Shown: in pieces, positions 10,415 through 19,867 of the stretch
Layout of the letters: the number at the start of each line of letters is the position of its first letter
Numbering within the stretch: position 1 is the stretch's first letter
Assembly (NCBI GenBank): GCA_965198115.1
Contig: OZ240241.1
Location: forward strand, 160,001-224,000
DNA: 64,000 bases
Source: Candidatus Latescibacterota bacterium
Lineage (GTDB): Bacteria; Latescibacterota; UBA2968
Reading direction: 5' to 3'
Position numbers and translations under genes: made by a program
Notes under the pieces: model-generated
Told to the model about the DNA's origin: nothing
The model's input: only the letters and a program-made list of their open reading frames with translations
Database searches by the model: none

Positions 10415-12112
10415 ATGGCCAATTCTGAAAAGACCTACCAGCACTGGATCGAGATCGTCAGGACGTTTCGGACGTACTACGATCACTTCCGGATTGCGTT
10501 CCCCAACATGCACCAGATTCCCAAGTTTTACACGAACGATTGGGCTTCTGAGTTCAGGCTGAGTGCGCGGGAGTTTGCACGCAAGGAAGACATGGAGGCG
10601 GTCAAACGTCTGTTCGATGGCGCAGGCTACGGCACGGAACGCTGGGAAAAGCTGACGGCCCTGTCTGCCGAATCGATCGCCGAGGTCCTTAGCCAGGCGA
10701 TGCCGATGAACGGAAAGCCGGCGGAGGTCGAATCCCGCCCTGCTGGAGAGGATGTTCTCGGCAGTATCCGGCAAGCCCTGGGTGAGGAACGTTTCAACCG
10801 GTTGCTCGCCGACCCTGCAGCCTTTGGACAGGAACTCGACCGTCTCGAGTCCGATCTCGAATCCGAAGACCAGGAAGTTGTTGATGCAGAGGTCGGGGAG
10901 CCAGAGGCCGAAGCCGAGCCTGTGGCCGAGGTGGTCGAGGAGGAGACCTCCGTGCCTCCGGAAGCCGTTGTCGAGCCAGAGGCTGAAGACTCCGTTGACG
11001 AGCCGGTCGCTCACTTGATCAATGTTCTCGGAGAGACGCGCTGGCAAGCCCTGCTCGATGATCCCGAGGCGGCGGTGAGGGCGCTAGACGGAGCAGGCGA
11101 TGGCGCGGCTGATGAGCCAGTTCTCGAAGCTGAAGCAACCGTAGACGAAGATACAGAACGTGCCCCAGCAGAAAATGGTTCGACCTGGTCGCAAGAAGAA
11201 GCCGAAGCGGCAATCAAAGCCCTGGAGACGAAAAACGACGGCTTGACGTCTGATGTCGAGACGTTGAACGAAGAAAGAGAGGAAGCCGACCAGAACCTCA
11301 AGCGCATTCAGGTTGCTCTGGATGAAAAAGAGCGAGAGCTCCAGACGATGGCGAAGAAGATCAAGTCGCTCGAGGAGAAAGCACAAGAAGCCGAGAGCCA
11401 GAAGGGTCGTGAGCCCGAAAAGGCAAATCTGCCGCCCACGCAGTTATCGCAGCAGCTTGAAGAATATGAGAAGATCGTGCAACGTTCCGAAGAACAGATC
11501 GCGGAGCTCGAGGCACAGACCGAGAAGGACGAGCTCGTCGTTAAGGAGATGGCCGAAGATCTGAAGCGGGAGAAGTATCTGCGGCAAAAGTTCGAGGACG
11601 ATCTTGGAGACGCGAGGAACGCATTGCGCGAGCAAGTCGAGAGGCTGCACAGCGTGCTCAAAGGGGACCCCGAGATTCCTTCGATCGATGAGTTCGAGCA
11701 GATGGAGAACGAGGAGTTGCTGGACTACATCGGGGACGTAGAAAAAGAGAAGCAGCGTGTTCTAGCCGGGCTCGATGCAATCGACGCGCAAGAGGAGAGC
11801 TACAAGAAACAGATCGACGTCCAGCAGGAAGAGCTGGGTGCGATCCAGGAAGACATTCAGAACATGAAGGGCTCCAACCTGGCGATGGAAGTCGAAGAAA
11901 TGAAAGCGACCGTCGAGAAGCAGCGCAGTCAGCTTCAGACGCTCATGGGCTACTCAAAGAACCTCAAAACCCGCGCTGAACAGCTGACAGAGAGGCAGGA
12001 GCCAATGCGGCGCCTCGTTCAGAAGCTGAACCTACAGGAAAAGGCGCTCGTCCGATACGTACGGTTGAACTACGACAACAAGTTCATGCCGGAGAATATC
12101 CTCCGAGCATAG
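10415..12112 (+). CDS. Acidic long coiled-coil hypothetical protein
   Basis: About 565 aa, very E/D-rich, heptad-rich C-terminal half; start set at ATG 10415. Confidence 0.8.
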   Translation: MANSEKTYQHWIEIVRTFRTYYDHFRIAFPNMHQIPKFYTNDWASEFRLSAREFARKEDMEAVKRLFDGAGYGTERWEKLTALSAESIAEVLSQAMPMNGKPAEVESRPAGEDVLGSIRQALGEERFNRLLADPAAFGQELDRLESDLESEDQEVVDAEVGEPEAEAEPVAEVVEEETSVPPEAVVEPEAEDSVDEPVAHLINVLGETRWQALLDDPEAAVRALDGAGDGAADEPVLEAEATVDEDTERAPAENGSTWSQEEAEAAIKALETKNDGLTSDVETLNEEREEADQNLKRIQVALDEKERELQTMAKKIKSLEEKAQEAESQKGREPEKANLPPTQLSQQLEEYEKIVQRSEEQIAELEAQTEKDELVVKEMAEDLKREKYLRQKFEDDLGDARNALREQVERLHSVLKGDPEIPSIDEFEQMENEELLDYIGDVEKEKQRVLAGLDAIDAQEESYKKQIDVQQEELGAIQEDIQNMKGSNLAMEVEEMKATVEKQRSQLQTLMGYSKNLKTRAEQLTERQEPMRRLVQKLNLQEKALVRYVRLNYDNKFMPENILRA

Positions 12113-12121
12113 ATCGGAGCT

Positions 12122-12460
12122 TTATCGATCGAGGCGGCGGCGCAGCATTTTTGTCTGCGACCGCCGCTTTTTTTGTTCAAGGCGCCTCTGAATGGACGTG
12201 CGCGAGGGTTTCGTCCTGCGTCGTGGTTTGAGGCGACGGGATCGGGCAATGAGTTTGCGGCGGAGACGTTCGAGGGCCTCACGCTTGTTGCGCGCCTGGC
12301 TTCGGTGATCGGATGCGACGACGGTGAGGCCGGTGGGAACGTGGGTGGCGCGGACGGCGGATTCGACCTTGTTGCGATGCTGGCCGCCGGGCCCGCCCGA
12401 TCGGAGGGGCTGAAACGTGACCTGGCGGGCGAGTTCATCCAGGTCGATCGCGGTGTTCAC
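12122..12460 (-). CDS. GGQ peptidyl-tRNA hydrolase, ArfB-like ribosome rescue factor
   Basis: [18 protein letters not shown] and basic tail [25 protein letters not shown]. Confidence 0.88.
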   Translation of the reverse strand: MNTAIDLDELARQVTFQPLRSGGPGGQHRNKVESAVRATHVPTGLTVVASDHRSQARNKREALERLRRKLIARSRRLKPRRRTKPSRTSIQRRLEQKKRRSQTKMLRRRLDR

Positions 12461-12462
12461 GG

Positions 12463-13698
12463 CTACAGCAAGCCGGCTTTTCGGAGGGCGTCGGCCATGG
12501 AGCCACCGACCTCGTCGACCTTCTGCTTCTCCTTCGACTGGAACTCGGCCATGTCTTGCTGCTCGGCCTCTTGCTCGGCTGCCGCCTGGGCGGCCCGGAT
12601 GGAGAGCGAGATGCGGTGCTGGACGCGATCGATGTCCTGAACGCGGACTCTGACTTCATCGCCGACGTTCACGACTTCGCTTGGATTGTTGACTCGCTTT
12701 TCTGCCGTTAGCTGTGAGATGTGCACGAGACCTTCGATGCCCGGCGTGAGTTCTACAAAAGCGCCGAAATTCTGGATGGATACGACTTTGCCTGCCACGA
12801 CCTGGCCCTGACGGAATGGGAGGTTCGACCAGGGATCAGGCTCAAGGGCTTTCATGGAAAGACTGATGCGCTCGCGGTCGCCGCCGAGGTCTTTGATGTC
12901 TAGAATCTTGACCTTGATCGTTTTGCCAGTCTCGAGGACGTCGTTCGGGTTGTTCACCCTCGTGTGGCTGATCTCGGAGACGTGCACGAGGCCTTCGACA
13001 CCGCCGATGTCGACGAAGGCGCCGAATCGTTCGACGCGGGTGATCGTTCCGTCGAGCTCATCGCCCTTTGCCAACTTCTCCCGCAGGGCAAGACCCCTTG
13101 CGCGGGCCTGTTCCTCGAGAATGGCACGGTGTGAAACGACCAGATTCCGTCCGCCACCACGAAGCTCGATGATCTTGAACGGCAGGGTCTTGCCCGCGTA
13201 TGACTCGGGGTTTTGGCAGAATCTCAGCTCGATCTGAGACAGCGGACAGAAAGCCCGTAGACCGCCAAGATTGACGACAAGACCTCCCTTGTTGAAGCCT
13301 GTCACGCGTCCGTCGACGGGGAGCCCATTCTCGTGGGCTTCGCGAATGACCTGACGGTTGGAGGAACGCAACGACTTCGTCAGCTGAATTTCGCCTTCGA
13401 GGGAGGCGACGATTGCCTCGATGTCATCACCCTCGGATACGCTCAACTCGCCGTCGTCGGCGCGTAGTTCCCGAAGGTCGATCACGGCTTCACTTCGTCC
13501 GCCGAAGTCGACGAACGCGCTGCTGTCGTCAATTTTCTGAATGCGACCGGTGACCTTCTTCCCGACAGAGACATCCTGCTTTGGATCCACAGTAGGACCC
13601 GTTTGTTCGAGCAGTTTCGCGAATTCGGCGCTCGGCTTCTCTTCGCCGTACTTCTTGTCGAGTTCGGTGATATCTTCCGTTTCTTGCTGGTCGTTCAT
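12463..13698 (-). CDS. S1 RNA-binding protein with four S1 domains (RpsA-like)
   Basis: Repeated [19 protein letters not shown] / [20 protein letters not shown]; SMADALRKA tail. Confidence 0.88.
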   Translation of the reverse strand: MNDQQETEDITELDKKYGEEKPSAEFAKLLEQTGPTVDPKQDVSVGKKVTGRIQKIDDSSAFVDFGGRSEAVIDLRELRADDGELSVSEGDDIEAIVASLEGEIQLTKSLRSSNRQVIREAHENGLPVDGRVTGFNKGGLVVNLGGLRAFCPLSQIELRFCQNPESYAGKTLPFKIIELRGGGRNLVVSHRAILEEQARARGLALREKLAKGDELDGTITRVERFGAFVDIGGVEGLVHVSEISHTRVNNPNDVLETGKTIKVKILDIKDLGGDRERISLSMKALEPDPWSNLPFRQGQVVAGKVVSIQNFGAFVELTPGIEGLVHISQLTAEKRVNNPSEVVNVGDEVRVRVQDIDRVQHRISLSIRAAQAAAEQEAEQQDMAEFQSKEKQKVDEVGGSMADALRKAGLL

Positions 13699-13888
13699 GC
13701 TGTATCCTCAATCAACTGGAACGGCCCTCGTCAGGGACGCGACGGTTTGATAATAGCTTCTAAAGCTATGACTTTCGGCCCTCGAGGCAAACCTTTTTTC
13801 ATGTTTTTGGAGGTCAGTCGCGGGCATCGCGAAGGCTGTTTGGCACGCGCCTGCGGTCGCGACAAACCGTGCGAAAGGAGTTGAGAGA

Positions 13889-14129
13889 ATGGCTGATGAG
13901 AGATACGAAAATGGGAGACGAGTCTACGCAAGCATGATCGGAGAAGAACGCGCGGCGGCTTCGTCGGCGGCGATGCGAACCCTGCATCCGGTGTTCGAGG
14001 AACAGGTCATGGCTTACGTGATGAACGATCTCTATGCCCGGCTCGGTCTCGATATGAAAACCCGTCTATTGTGTACGATCGCGGCGCTGACAGTGTCGGA
14101 TAGACAAGCCCAGCTGCGGGTTCATTTTG
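13889..14129 (+). pseudogene. Carboxymuconolactone decarboxylase/AhpD-family gene, 3'-truncated by ISL3
   Basis: DLYARLGLDMKTRLLCTIAALT...QLRVH runs directly into the IS end; remainder not found beyond the IS. Confidence 0.8.
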
Positions 14130-15549
14130 GGCTATATCCGGATCTCTCAACGAGATGAAGTGGATGAAGGTGCCGTGGTTCCTGGCATGGGGGCGCGGTT
14201 AGAGTGTGCGGAACCTCTTCGGAATCTGCTCAGGGATGTTTATGTCTCCGACGGTAAGGAAGATCATATCGTTGAATGCGTCGAGTGTGCGGAATCCGCT
14301 GGCTCGGTTCTTGACGATTTGGACGATTCGGTTGAGGCCTTCGGCGATGGCGTTGGTAAGACGCGTGTTCACGAATGCGAGGACGCCGAAGAAGTGCTGT
14401 CGCAGGGTCCTGACGAACTTTCGCAGGGGTTCAAGTCGACTTCTGAGTGCGGACGTCGTCCAGCATTTCAGGAAGCGTTCGGCAGCCCAGGGCGCTTTGT
14501 ATTCCCAGAACTGCTCGAACTCGTCCTTGAGTCTCCAGGCTCTATAGATTCGGTAGTTCGCCTTCTCCAGTGCTTTGAGTGTCCGAGTATCCCCTCTGGA
14601 GCGTGTCGCTGAGTGCCGGTAGAGGAGCCATCGGAGGCCCTTCATGGCTTTGCGCTCATCCGGGGCAGCTTTACGCCACTGGTCCTTACGGACCTCGTCA
14701 ACGGCGGCATTGAGAGCCTTGACGATGTGAAAGCGATCGAGGACCAGCTTGGCATTCGGACAGTGTTCCTGGATGGCTCCGATGTAAGCTTCGCTCATGT
14801 CGCAGCAGGCCCACTCGATCTTGGATCTCCGGTAGGGACTGAGAGCCTCTGTGAAGAACCGATCGATCGTTTTACGCGCCCTGCCGCGGCCAACCCACAC
14901 CACGCAGGAGCGGTCCAGATCGTAAACGAGCGTGGCGTACCTGTGACGCTTGGCGTAGGAGATCTCGTCGATCCCGATGGTTTTGAGCCCTCGGATACGA
15001 TGACCTTCACGAAGCCGCGTGATGGATCGGTGAAGGAGATCCGACAGCGTCGAGGCAGAGATGCGCAGTAACTCGGACGCCGCCTTCTGCGTCATGGTCT
15101 GGCAGTAGCGCAGCATGGCATACTCGAAGCGATACGTCACCCGAGAGAACCGCTCCGCCCACGGAATCTCCTCGACCACACGACCGTGGGTAGGACACCG
15201 AATCTCCCGAGGATGGTAGAGAAGCCAGACCCTCCACCCGCACACCGGAATGTCACGCCACCGACGCGGATGGGGCATTGTGCGGACGATTTTACCTCGA
15301 CGGCCGCACTCCGGACAACAACAACCATTCTTATGTGGCTTTACGGCGATGACGAAGCAGCTTCTCCCCCCAAACCACCAGCTGACAACACGGAACCCCT
15401 TGAATCTCAGCAGTTTCGATAGTAATCTGCTCCCGGTCATAGGTCGCACCCCCTTCGCTTTGATTGTCCTACACACACAACCAAGCGTAGGGAACGATCT
15501 ATGACCTTGTCATTCTATAGTTTCACCGTTGAGAAACCCGGATAGAGCC
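14130..15549 (-). mobile_element. ISL3 copy 2 (1420 bp)
   Basis: IRs GGCTATATCCGGATCTCTCAACG / CGTTGAGAAACCCGGATAGAGCC; flanks TCATTTTG and TTTTTTAT do not match. Confidence 0.95.
14199..15476 (-). CDS. ISL3 transposase, intact
   Basis: 425 aa; CPECG/CPTHG zinc finger, IGIDE, CCDMS, DRFHIVK, TNAIAEGLN. Confidence 0.95.
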   Translation of the reverse strand: MCRTIKAKGVRPMTGSRLLSKLLRFKGFRVVSWWFGGRSCFVIAVKPHKNGCCCPECGRRGKIVRTMPHPRRWRDIPVCGWRVWLLYHPREIRCPTHGRVVEEIPWAERFSRVTYRFEYAMLRYCQTMTQKAASELLRISASTLSDLLHRSITRLREGHRIRGLKTIGIDEISYAKRHRYATLVYDLDRSCVVWVGRGRARKTIDRFFTEALSPYRRSKIEWACCDMSEAYIGAIQEHCPNAKLVLDRFHIVKALNAAVDEVRKDQWRKAAPDERKAMKGLRWLLYRHSATRSRGDTRTLKALEKANYRIYRAWRLKDEFEQFWEYKAPWAAERFLKCWTTSALRSRLEPLRKFVRTLRQHFFGVLAFVNTRLTNAIAEGLNRIVQIVKNRASGFRTLDAFNDMIFLTVGDINIPEQIPKRFRTL

Positions 15550-15558
15550 TTTTTTATT

Positions 15559-16901
15559 GGCTATATCCGGATCTCTCAACGAGATGAAGTGGGTGAAGGT
15601 GCCGTGGTTCCTGGCATGGGGGCGCGGTTAGCGTGTGCGGAACCTCTTCGGAATCTGCTCAGGGATGTTTATGTCTCCGACGGTAAGGAAGATCATATCG
15701 TTGAATGCGTCGAGTGTGCGGAATCCGCTGGCTCGGTTCTTGACGATTTGGACGATTCGGTTGAGGCCTTCGGCGATGGCGTTGGTAAGACGCGTGTTCA
15801 CGAATGCGAGGACGCCGAAGAAGTGCTGTCGCAGGGTCCTGACGAACTTTCGCAGGGGTTCAAGTCGACTTCTGAGTGCGGACGTCGTCCAGCATTTCAG
15901 GAAGCGTTCGGCAGCCCAGGGCGCTTTGTATTCCCAGAACTGCTCGAACTCGTCCTTGAGTCTCCAGGCTCTATAGATTCGGTAGTTCGCCTTCTCCAGT
16001 GCTTTGAGTGTCCGAGTATCCCCTCTGGAGCGTGTCGCTGAGTGCCGGTAGAGGAGCCATCGGAGGCCCTTCATGGCTTTGCGCTCATCCGGGGCAGCTT
16101 TACGCCACTGGTCCTTACGGACCTCGTCAACGGCGGCATTGAGAGCCTTGACGATGTGAAAGCGATCGAGGACCAGCTTGGCATTCGGACAGTGTTCCTG
16201 GATGGCTCCGATGTAAGCTTCGCTCATGTCGCAGCAGGCCCACTCGATCTTGGATCTCTGGTAGGGACTGAGAGCCTCTGTGAAGAACCGATCGATCGTT
16301 TTACGCGCCCTGCCGCGGCCAACCCACACCACGCAGGAGCGGTCCAGATCGTAAACGAGCGTGGCGTACCTGTGACGCTTGGCGTAGGAGATCCGACAGC
16401 GTCGAGGCAGAGATGCGCAGTAACTCGGACGCCGCCTTCTGCGTCATGGTCTGGCAGTAGCGCAGCATGGCATACTCGAAGCGATACGTCACCCGAGAGA
16501 ACCGCTCCGCCCACGGAATCTCCTCGACCACACGACCGTGGGTAGGACACCGAATCTCCCGAGGATGGTAGAGAAGCCAGACCCTCCACCCGCACACCGG
16601 AATGTCACGCCACCGACGCGGATGGGGCATTGTGCGGACGATTTTACCTCGACGGCCGTACTCCGGACAACAACAACCATTCTTATGTGGCTTTACGGCG
16701 ATGACGAAGCAGCTTCTCCCCTCAAACCACCAGCTGACAACACGGAACCCCTTGAATCTCAGCAGTTTCGATAGTAATCTGCTCCCGGTCATAGGTCGCA
16801 CCCCCTTCGCTTTGATTGTCCTACACACACAACCAAGCGTAGGGAACGATCTATGACCTTGTCATTCTATAGTTTCACCGTTGAGAAACCCGGATAGAGC
16901 C
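15559..16901 (-). mobile_element. ISL3 copy 3 (1343 bp, 77-bp internal deletion)
   Basis: Both IRs present; 8-bp target duplication TTTTTATT at 15551-15558 and 16902-16909. Confidence 0.95.
15628..16828 (-). pseudogene. ISL3 transposase inactivated by deletion/frameshift
   Basis: Split into 175-aa and 234-aa ORFs; IGIDE segment lost at about 16390. Confidence 0.92.
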
Positions 16902-16909
16902 TTTTTATT

Positions 16910-17335
16910 TTGGGCGCAGTTTTTCGCGCCGCCGACGGCGTGAATGCCGCAGCTGTCTACCTGACCGGGTTTACAGGAACACCTCCCCGGCGGGAAATCA
17001 GCCGTGTTGCTCTTGGGGCCGAACAGACGGTTCCGTGGTGTTACGAGCGCTCGACTGTCGATACGGTCGACTTGCTTCAGCGACAGGGAGTACAAGTACT
17101 GGCCTTCGAGCACAACGAGCAGAGCGTAGACTATCGCACGGTTTCCGTCGCGTTCCCCGTGGCCTTCGTCCTCGGGCACGAAGTGGAGGGCATCCACCCT
17201 GACACGATCAATCGGTGCGACAGTGTGGCGCATATTCCTATGCTTGGCCGCAAGGATTCTCTGAACGTGTCCGTCGCGGCGGGTATCGCGTTTTACCACC
17301 TGCTGACGTTGAAGGAGTCCGGCGATGCCGGATGA
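16910..17335 (+). pseudogene. TrmH/SpoU RNA methyltransferase, 5'-truncated
   Basis: Begins at GAVFRAAD (normally preceded by ..NxG); VLGHEVEGI and IPMLGRKDSLNVSVAAGI SPOUT motifs; abuts the IS. Confidence 0.82.
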
Positions 17336-17963
17336 AACCGGACGGTTACAAAGTCTTGAAGCGGAGGTGGCCTCGTTACAGAGCGAGGTAGCCCGTCTGC
17401 GTGAAGAGAACAGACGATGGGCAAGACTGGCCGGCACCGATTCGTTGACGGGATTGCCCAACAAGATTTCGTTTATGCGAGCGTTCGTACCGCAGACTTT
17501 CAAGACGGCGTCTGAAGAGCAGCAGTCTGTCGGGCTTCTGCTCTTTTCCCCGGACAATCTGGGTGTTGTCAATGAAACTCACGGTCGAGAGGCTGGCGAT
17601 CAGCTGCTCAAAGGACTGGGCGCCCTGATCCAATCTCTCGTCGGAGATTCGGGGCGTCTGGGATTGCTCGATGGTTCGAATTTCGTGCTTATGATGTATC
17701 CTTCTTCGGTGGAGGAAGCCCGGGGTCGGGGGAACATGATTCGTGCCCGAGTTCGCACACACGCCTTCCCGTGTGCGGATGCGACTGCGCAAATCACGGT
17801 GAGCGCCGGTGTGACGGCCGTCGCACCCAGCGAAGGAGATGATCTTCAGTCGTTGAGTGAGGAACGATTCAAGACGCTGAACGAGGCACTGTTCACGGCC
17901 AAAAAGGCAGGCGGCGATCGCGTCGAAGTCGTGTCCGATTCCAACGAGACGGTTTCCTCGTGA
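17325..17963 (+). CDS. Coiled coil plus degenerate GGDEF-domain protein
   Basis: DSLTGLPNK, VNETHGREAGDQLLK, ITVSAGV, ALFTAKKAGGDR; signature reads DGSNF. Confidence 0.85.
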   Translation: MPDETGRLQSLEAEVASLQSEVARLREENRRWARLAGTDSLTGLPNKISFMRAFVPQTFKTASEEQQSVGLLLFSPDNLGVVNETHGREAGDQLLKGLGALIQSLVGDSGRLGLLDGSNFVLMMYPSSVEEARGRGNMIRARVRTHAFPCADATAQITVSAGVTAVAPSEGDDLQSLSEERFKTLNEALFTAKKAGGDRVEVVSDSNETVSS

Positions 17964-19135
17964 AGTGGCCGATCGTCCTCTTGACGGCCGTCGTCCTGGC
18001 GTCTTCGGCAGAAGGCGCGTCGAGGTTGTTCTACCAGGGTGCGGGGGATCTGGCGTCGGATTTCGATGCCGACGGCGCAGTGACGTTCGCTGACTTTGTG
18101 GCTTTCGCCGAGCAGTTTGGACGGGTTTCCGACCATCCGACGTTCGATCCTGCCTTCGATCTGGATTTCGACGGCGCCATCGGCTTCGGGGACTTTTTGC
18201 GGTTCGCGAACGCGTTCGGAACCCAGGGCCGGCCGCAGCTATTTCCGGACCACTTGCTGTATGTGGTGGATGCCGGGTCGAGCCTGATCGACGTCTTCCG
18301 GCTCAGCGATCACCTCCACCAGGAGTTTCTTCCCTTCAGATCACCGACGGCCATCGTGGTGAGTCCCGACCAGCAGCGCGTCTTCGTGGCCGAGCGGTTC
18401 GGTCTGTTCGTTCTGAACACCGACCATCAGGTTCTTTTGTCGGTTCCGACGGGGGCCCCCGGGCGTCTCGCCATCTCCAGCGATCAGCGAACGGCCTACC
18501 TGGGCGAACAACAGAACGATCTGATTCGGGTGATCGACCTCGATCTGCAGATGACGGTCGACACGGTGAGCGTGGGCAGGGGCCCCGGCGACGTGGGGCT
18601 CTCGCCGGGGGGCCGATGGCTCTACGTGCTGAACGCCGGGGATATTTCGGTGGTCGATCTCTCTCAGCCTGCGGAAGTATTACGTATCGACGTCAACGGC
18701 GTACCCGGTTCGATCGACATCGCCGTCGACGGGCGGCAGGCCTATTACACGTTGGTCGATCGAGGTGCGGTCGGCGTCCTGGACCTGTCGACGAACCAGA
18801 TCATCGGTGAGATCGCTCTGGACGCAAGGGAGGCGAACGACCTCCGGTTATCGATCGACGGCGAGCGTCTGTATGTGAGTGCGGAACGGTCGCTGATCGA
18901 GATCGACTCCCAGAGGAACCTCGTGGTACGAAGCCTGGTGATCGGCGGTGGGACGAGTGCCATCGGACTGACACCCGATGGCGTGTGGGCCTACGTCGGT
19001 GCTTTGGAGCCGAATATCCTTAGGCCAGTCGTGGCTGTGGTGGACCTCGTGGCGTGGGAGGTCGTCGGAAGGATCCAGGGATTGTTGTTCCCCGTGGAGA
19101 TCGCGTTTCGTCAGACGGTGTCCGGCGCGAACTGA
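17960..19135 (+). CDS. Secreted dockerin/EF-hand-like plus YncE-type beta-propeller protein
   Basis: Signal peptide; DFDADGAVTFADFVAFA...FDLDFDGAIGFGDFLRFA; repeated SPDG..LYV blades. Confidence 0.82.
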   Translation: MKWPIVLLTAVVLASSAEGASRLFYQGAGDLASDFDADGAVTFADFVAFAEQFGRVSDHPTFDPAFDLDFDGAIGFGDFLRFANAFGTQGRPQLFPDHLLYVVDAGSSLIDVFRLSDHLHQEFLPFRSPTAIVVSPDQQRVFVAERFGLFVLNTDHQVLLSVPTGAPGRLAISSDQRTAYLGEQQNDLIRVIDLDLQMTVDTVSVGRGPGDVGLSPGGRWLYVLNAGDISVVDLSQPAEVLRIDVNGVPGSIDIAVDGRQAYYTLVDRGAVGVLDLSTNQIIGEIALDAREANDLRLSIDGERLYVSAERSLIEIDSQRNLVVRSLVIGGGTSAIGLTPDGVWAYVGALEPNILRPVVAVVDLVAWEVVGRIQGLLFPVEIAFRQTVSGAN

Positions 19136-19392
19136 TCGGCGAGTCCACCCCTTCCGATGGCGATGACTCGCCATTCGAGCAGGTCTCCGAGGGCAGAGGT
19201 CTCCAGGTCCTGTGTAAGGACGTTCCAGGCGTCGAAGTCTCTCAATCGAGACACGCAGAAGTATGCCCGAGCAGGATCGCGTGTAGAAAGTGTTGATAAA
19301 TAGACGGTTATTGCGTATCGGTTTAGTCGATGACTGGCCGGGTTTTGGGCGGATAAGGGCCACGATGCGGGATAACGACCAGGGCTACACGG

Positions 19393-19809
19393 ATGGCAGA
19401 CGAGAACAACAGAAAGAAGAACGATCAGCCGCCGGAAGGATTTTTTACGAACATCTTCCGGCCCTGGAAGCGGCAACGGGTAACCTTGACACCGCTCGGC
19501 AAGGGGGCCGAACCGAAGGCGAAGGGGCGCGCGAAGAAGACGAAAAAAGTCAAGGGGAAGAAGACCGCAGCCGCCAAGAAAACGAAAAAAGCCGTCGCGA
19601 AACAGACAGCACCCCAGACGAGCGCTCGTCAGCGCCAGATCAACGAACTCAAGACCCTGGCCAAGATCGGAAAGCGAGATCCCGAACGGCTCGTGGCAAT
19701 CATTGCCAAGATGCTGCTCGAGGACGAGGAACAGGCCCGGAACGATCGACTTCGCTTCGAACGTTTAATCTGGGAAAAGGCCGAGAAACGGAATCCAGAC
19801 GAGGAATAA
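19393..19809 (+). CDS. Lys-rich hypothetical protein
   Basis: 138-aa ORF followed by a terminator. Confidence 0.7.
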   Translation: MADENNRKKNDQPPEGFFTNIFRPWKRQRVTLTPLGKGAEPKAKGRAKKTKKVKGKKTAAAKKTKKAVAKQTAPQTSARQRQINELKTLAKIGKRDPERLVAIIAKMLLEDEEQARNDRLRFERLIWEKAEKRNPDEE

Positions 19810-19835
19810 AACGGCCGGCAACAGTTTGAATACGG

Positions 19836-19866
19836 GCGGGGCGTCGAGCGACGCGCCGCTTTTTTA
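19836..19866 (+). terminator. Rho-independent terminator
   Basis: GCGGGGCGTCG-AG-CGACGCGCCGC hairpin followed by TTTTTT. Confidence 0.75.
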
Positions 19867-19867
19867 T

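Noticed and set aside
14127-15071. Plus-strand ORFs repeated in every ISL3 copy as passenger genes
   Set aside because: They are antisense shadows of the transposase with no recognisable motifs
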